From Macrostomum lignano (lineage: Eukaryota), in NCBI GenBank assembly GCA_002269645.1, contig NIVC01001756.1:1-64000 (forward strand): 64,000 nucleotides of DNA, read 5' to 3'. Positions 61,356 through 64,000 of this stretch are shown piece by piece. The position numbers and the translations under genes were made by a program. How positions within the stretch are numbered: position 1 is the stretch's first letter; each line of letters starts with the position of its first letter. The notes below the pieces were generated by a model. That model did no database searches. It was given only the letters and a program-made list of their open reading frames with translations, and was not told where the DNA came from.

Positions 61356-62186
61356 CTTTCTATAGAGTTTTGGCTTCGGCAGCTCATTTTCATTTTTATC
61401 TGTTAATAAGTCGAAAATGCTACTTAAAGTAGCCAGAATACACTGTAAACATGGCTATATCTTACTGTATATTTTATGAATAGCTGGCATTGAGACAGAC
61501 CTATGCAGTAAAGATATGAAGTGAAGCCTAATTAAAACTCCTATTCACCAGACACAGGACTATTTCTCATCGCAGTCACGGTCACAATTCACAATTAAAA
61601 AAGAATGAATCAGTAACTCCTTTTCTATAGAAAACTTCTATACAAAGCCAGAAGGCAACAATGGCCTATAGAAATATATTGTGATGCTTTTCCTACTTCA
61701 TTGTAAAAGAGATTACAATAGAAAACCTTTTCAATGGTCAACTTGCACCATCAGGCTGCAGGTATTTAAGAGAACTTTTTTCATAGGCCACCACTATAAT
61801 CTGTTTTGGACTCAGCTGCATATACATGAAAATTCTAATTTTCGACAGCAGGCATTGCATCGAACATTTAAGCAAAAATGGTGAGTTTATATTATATTTG
61901 AGTGCATGCGCACGAAAAATGATTGGCTGATGGATAAATAAATTGTCATGCAGTGCATAGTAGGTCAACCTCCAAGGCACAGATAGCTGTGTACAATGCC
62001 TGACAATGAGAGAGTCCGAATGCCACTGTACACGCTCTGCATAGTAGTGCCGCGCTTGTATGTTTTCAGGAGTCAGCGGCGTTGCGCCAGAGTTGACCGC
62101 AACCCCCTGAGAATATTTACAATTGTATTTTTATTTTACTTTGGAATCTAATTTTTATTCATTTAAGACTCCCTAATCAATTTCAG

Positions 62187-64000
62187 ACAATCTCAGAAGA
62201 GAATCTTCGTATGGCTCTGGGTTTGGGATTCGATGAAACACAAGCTAAGCGTGAGTTTAACAGTTTTTTTGGAATTCGACATCCCTTCCTGATCCCTCCC
62301 TGATCCCTCCCTGATCCCCCCTGATCCCTCCCTGATCCCTCCCTGATCCCTCCCCGATCCCTACCCGATCCCTCCCTGATCCCTCCCTGATCCCTCCTCT
62401 ATCCCTCCCCGATCCCTCCCCGATCCCTCCCTGATCCCTCCCCAATCCCTCCCTGATCCCTCCCCAATCCCTTCCCTGATCCCTCCCTGGTCCCTCCCTG
62501 ATCCCTCCCCAATCCCTCCTCGATCCCTCCCTGATCCCTCCCTGATCCCTCCCCAATCCCTCCCTGATCCCTCCCTAGTCCCTCCCCGATCCCTCCCCGA
62601 TCCCTCCCTGATCCCTCCCCAATCCCTCCCTGATCCCTCCTCAATCCCTTCCCTGATCCCTCCCTGGTCCCTCCCTGATCCTCCCCAATCCCTCCTCGAT
62701 CCCTCCCCGATCCCTCCCTGATCCCTCCCTGATCCCTCCCTGATCCCTCCCCAATCCCTCCCTGATCCCTCCCTAGTCCCTCCCTGATCCCTCCCCAATC
62801 CCTTCCCTGATCCCTCCCTGATCCCTCCCTGATCCCACTCCCCAATCCCTCCCTGATCCCTCCCTGATCCCTCCCTGGTCCCTCCCTGATCCCTCCCCAA
62901 TCCCTCCCTGATCCCTCCCCAATCCCTTCCCTGATCCCTCCCTGGTCCCTCTCTGATCCATCCCCAATCCCTCCCCAATCCCTTCCCTGATCCCTCGCTG
63001 GTCCCTCCCTGATCCCTCCCCAATCCCTCCCCAATCCCTTCCCTGATCCTTCCCTGATCCCTCCCCGATCCCGCCCCAATCTGCTCCGCAGAGCTGTGGC
63101 GCAGTTTTCACTACTTCGACTCGGACAGTAGCGGCGCCATCGAGGCTGGCGAGTTCGGCAACGTGCTCAGATTATTCGGAGTTGACTGCACCGATGCCCA
63201 GCTGAGCGACATCATGGCCGAGATCGACATTAGTACGTCGTAAAATTTATAATTTTAAACTCGGAGGGTATATTTAGACCTCCACTAGCGTATATAAACT
63301 TCACTAGCTCTGTACCTGTTCTTTTCGGACACCGCAGGCTCAGACGGCGTAATCAGCTTCCAAGAGTTTTGCATCGCCGCTCGAAAGCATTATAAAGATA
63401 AAGCTGAGAGGCAGGCCGAGCTGCGAGCGGCTTTTGAGGCATGTACATTTGCTGCTTTTGGGGTGCTGGCTGGCATGTACATTTGCTGCTTTTGGGGTGC
63501 TGGCTGGCATGTACATTTGCTGCTTTTGGGGTGCTGGCTGGCATGTACATTTGCTGCTTTTGGGGTGCTGGCTGGCATGTACATTTGCTGCTTTTGGGGT
63601 GCGCCGGCAAGTACATTTGATGGTTTTAGGTGCTGGCTGACATGCACATTTGCTGGTTTTGGGGTGCTGGTTAAATACATGCAATGGTTTTCTAGCTCCT
63701 GGTGCTGGCGCCCCTGGTGCTGGCGCCCCTGGTTCTGGCGCCCCTGGTGCTGGCGCCCCTGGTGCTGGCGCCCCTGGTGCTGGCGCCCCTGGTGCTCGCT
63801 GTAGCTCACAGTAATAAAATCACACGGCAAGGCGTGGCATTCACATGTACCTTTCAATGAATAATTCTGATTACGCTCTTGAAAAAAGAAGCCAAATGAT
63901 TTTTCTGCAGGATCAGACAATGTGTAACAAATTTTCATGCTAAACCCTCCAGCACTTCAACGAGGACGGCAGCGGCCGACTGAGTCGTGAACAGCTGGCC
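62187..64000 (+). CDS. Calmodulin/centrin-like EF-hand protein (3' end outside window)
   Basis: Exons 62187-62250 (ATG 62211), 63092-63232, 63338-63438, 63953->64000. EF loops DSDSSGAIEAGE, DISSDGVISFQE, NEDGSGRLSREQ with calmodulin-like helices (LRAAFEHF). Intron 63439-63952 is GC-AG. A possible upstream exon 61996-62124 is in frame but weak. Confidence 0.85.
62281..63080. repeat. 11-bp minisatellite (GATCCCTCCCT)n filling an EF-hand gene intron
   Basis: Tandem units up to the acceptor. Confidence 0.95.
63439..63670. repeat. 34-bp minisatellite (GCATGTACATTTGCTGCTTTTGGGGTGCTGGCTG)n starting at the GC donor
   Basis: First unit begins exactly at the intron 5' end. Confidence 0.92.
63698..63797. 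repeat. 15-bp minisatellite (CCTGGTGCTGGCGCC)n
   Basis: About 6 units. Confidence 0.92.

Noticed and set aside
120-63938. Dozens of long low-complexity ORFs in the six-frame track (e.g. 455 aa at 6823, 664 aa at 32280, 220-260 aa at 3.7-5.5 kb, 29.6 kb and 62.3 kb)
   Set aside because: They are translations of stop-free minisatellites in introns or intergenic DNA.
3352-64000. Functional cluster of vesicle, cilia and calcium genes (dynamin, WDR7, TMEM218, EF-hand)
   Set aside because: Six unrelated housekeeping-type genes; adjacency alone is no evidence of co-regulation.

Overview
Eukaryotic (metazoan) genomic DNA; no prokaryotic features. Six recognisable host genes were reconstructed by hand from splice signals and family motifs: a classical dynamin (13 exons, minus), a ZIFL-like 12-TM MFS transporter (7 exons, plus), a ZNF384/ZNF362/rotund/lin-29-type C2H2 factor (minus), WDR7/rabconnectin-3 beta (11 exons, plus), TMEM218 (plus) and a calmodulin-like EF-hand gene cut by the window end (plus). 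Dynamin/MFS and ZNF/WDR7 are head-to-head pairs. Most of the longer introns are filled by their own minisatellite array, and most long ORFs in the supplied track are translations of these arrays. Mobile DNA includes three copies of a tRNA-head CORE-type SINE, a 2.6-kb foldback element, a decayed Chapaev (CMC) transposase interrupted by a 752-bp element with an 8-bp TSD, and small palindromic MITE-like elements. The most unusual signal is a set of sharply bounded, nearly CpG-free, TpA/CTAG-rich domains on the 5' side of genes. Internal repeat comparisons there show CpG->TpG/CpA and also CpA->TpA changes, i.e. a methylation- or RIP-like hypermutation footprint. The genome style resembles a free-living flatworm such as Macrostomum, but that is recall-based inference only. 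All counts are by eye; array boundaries are approximate.
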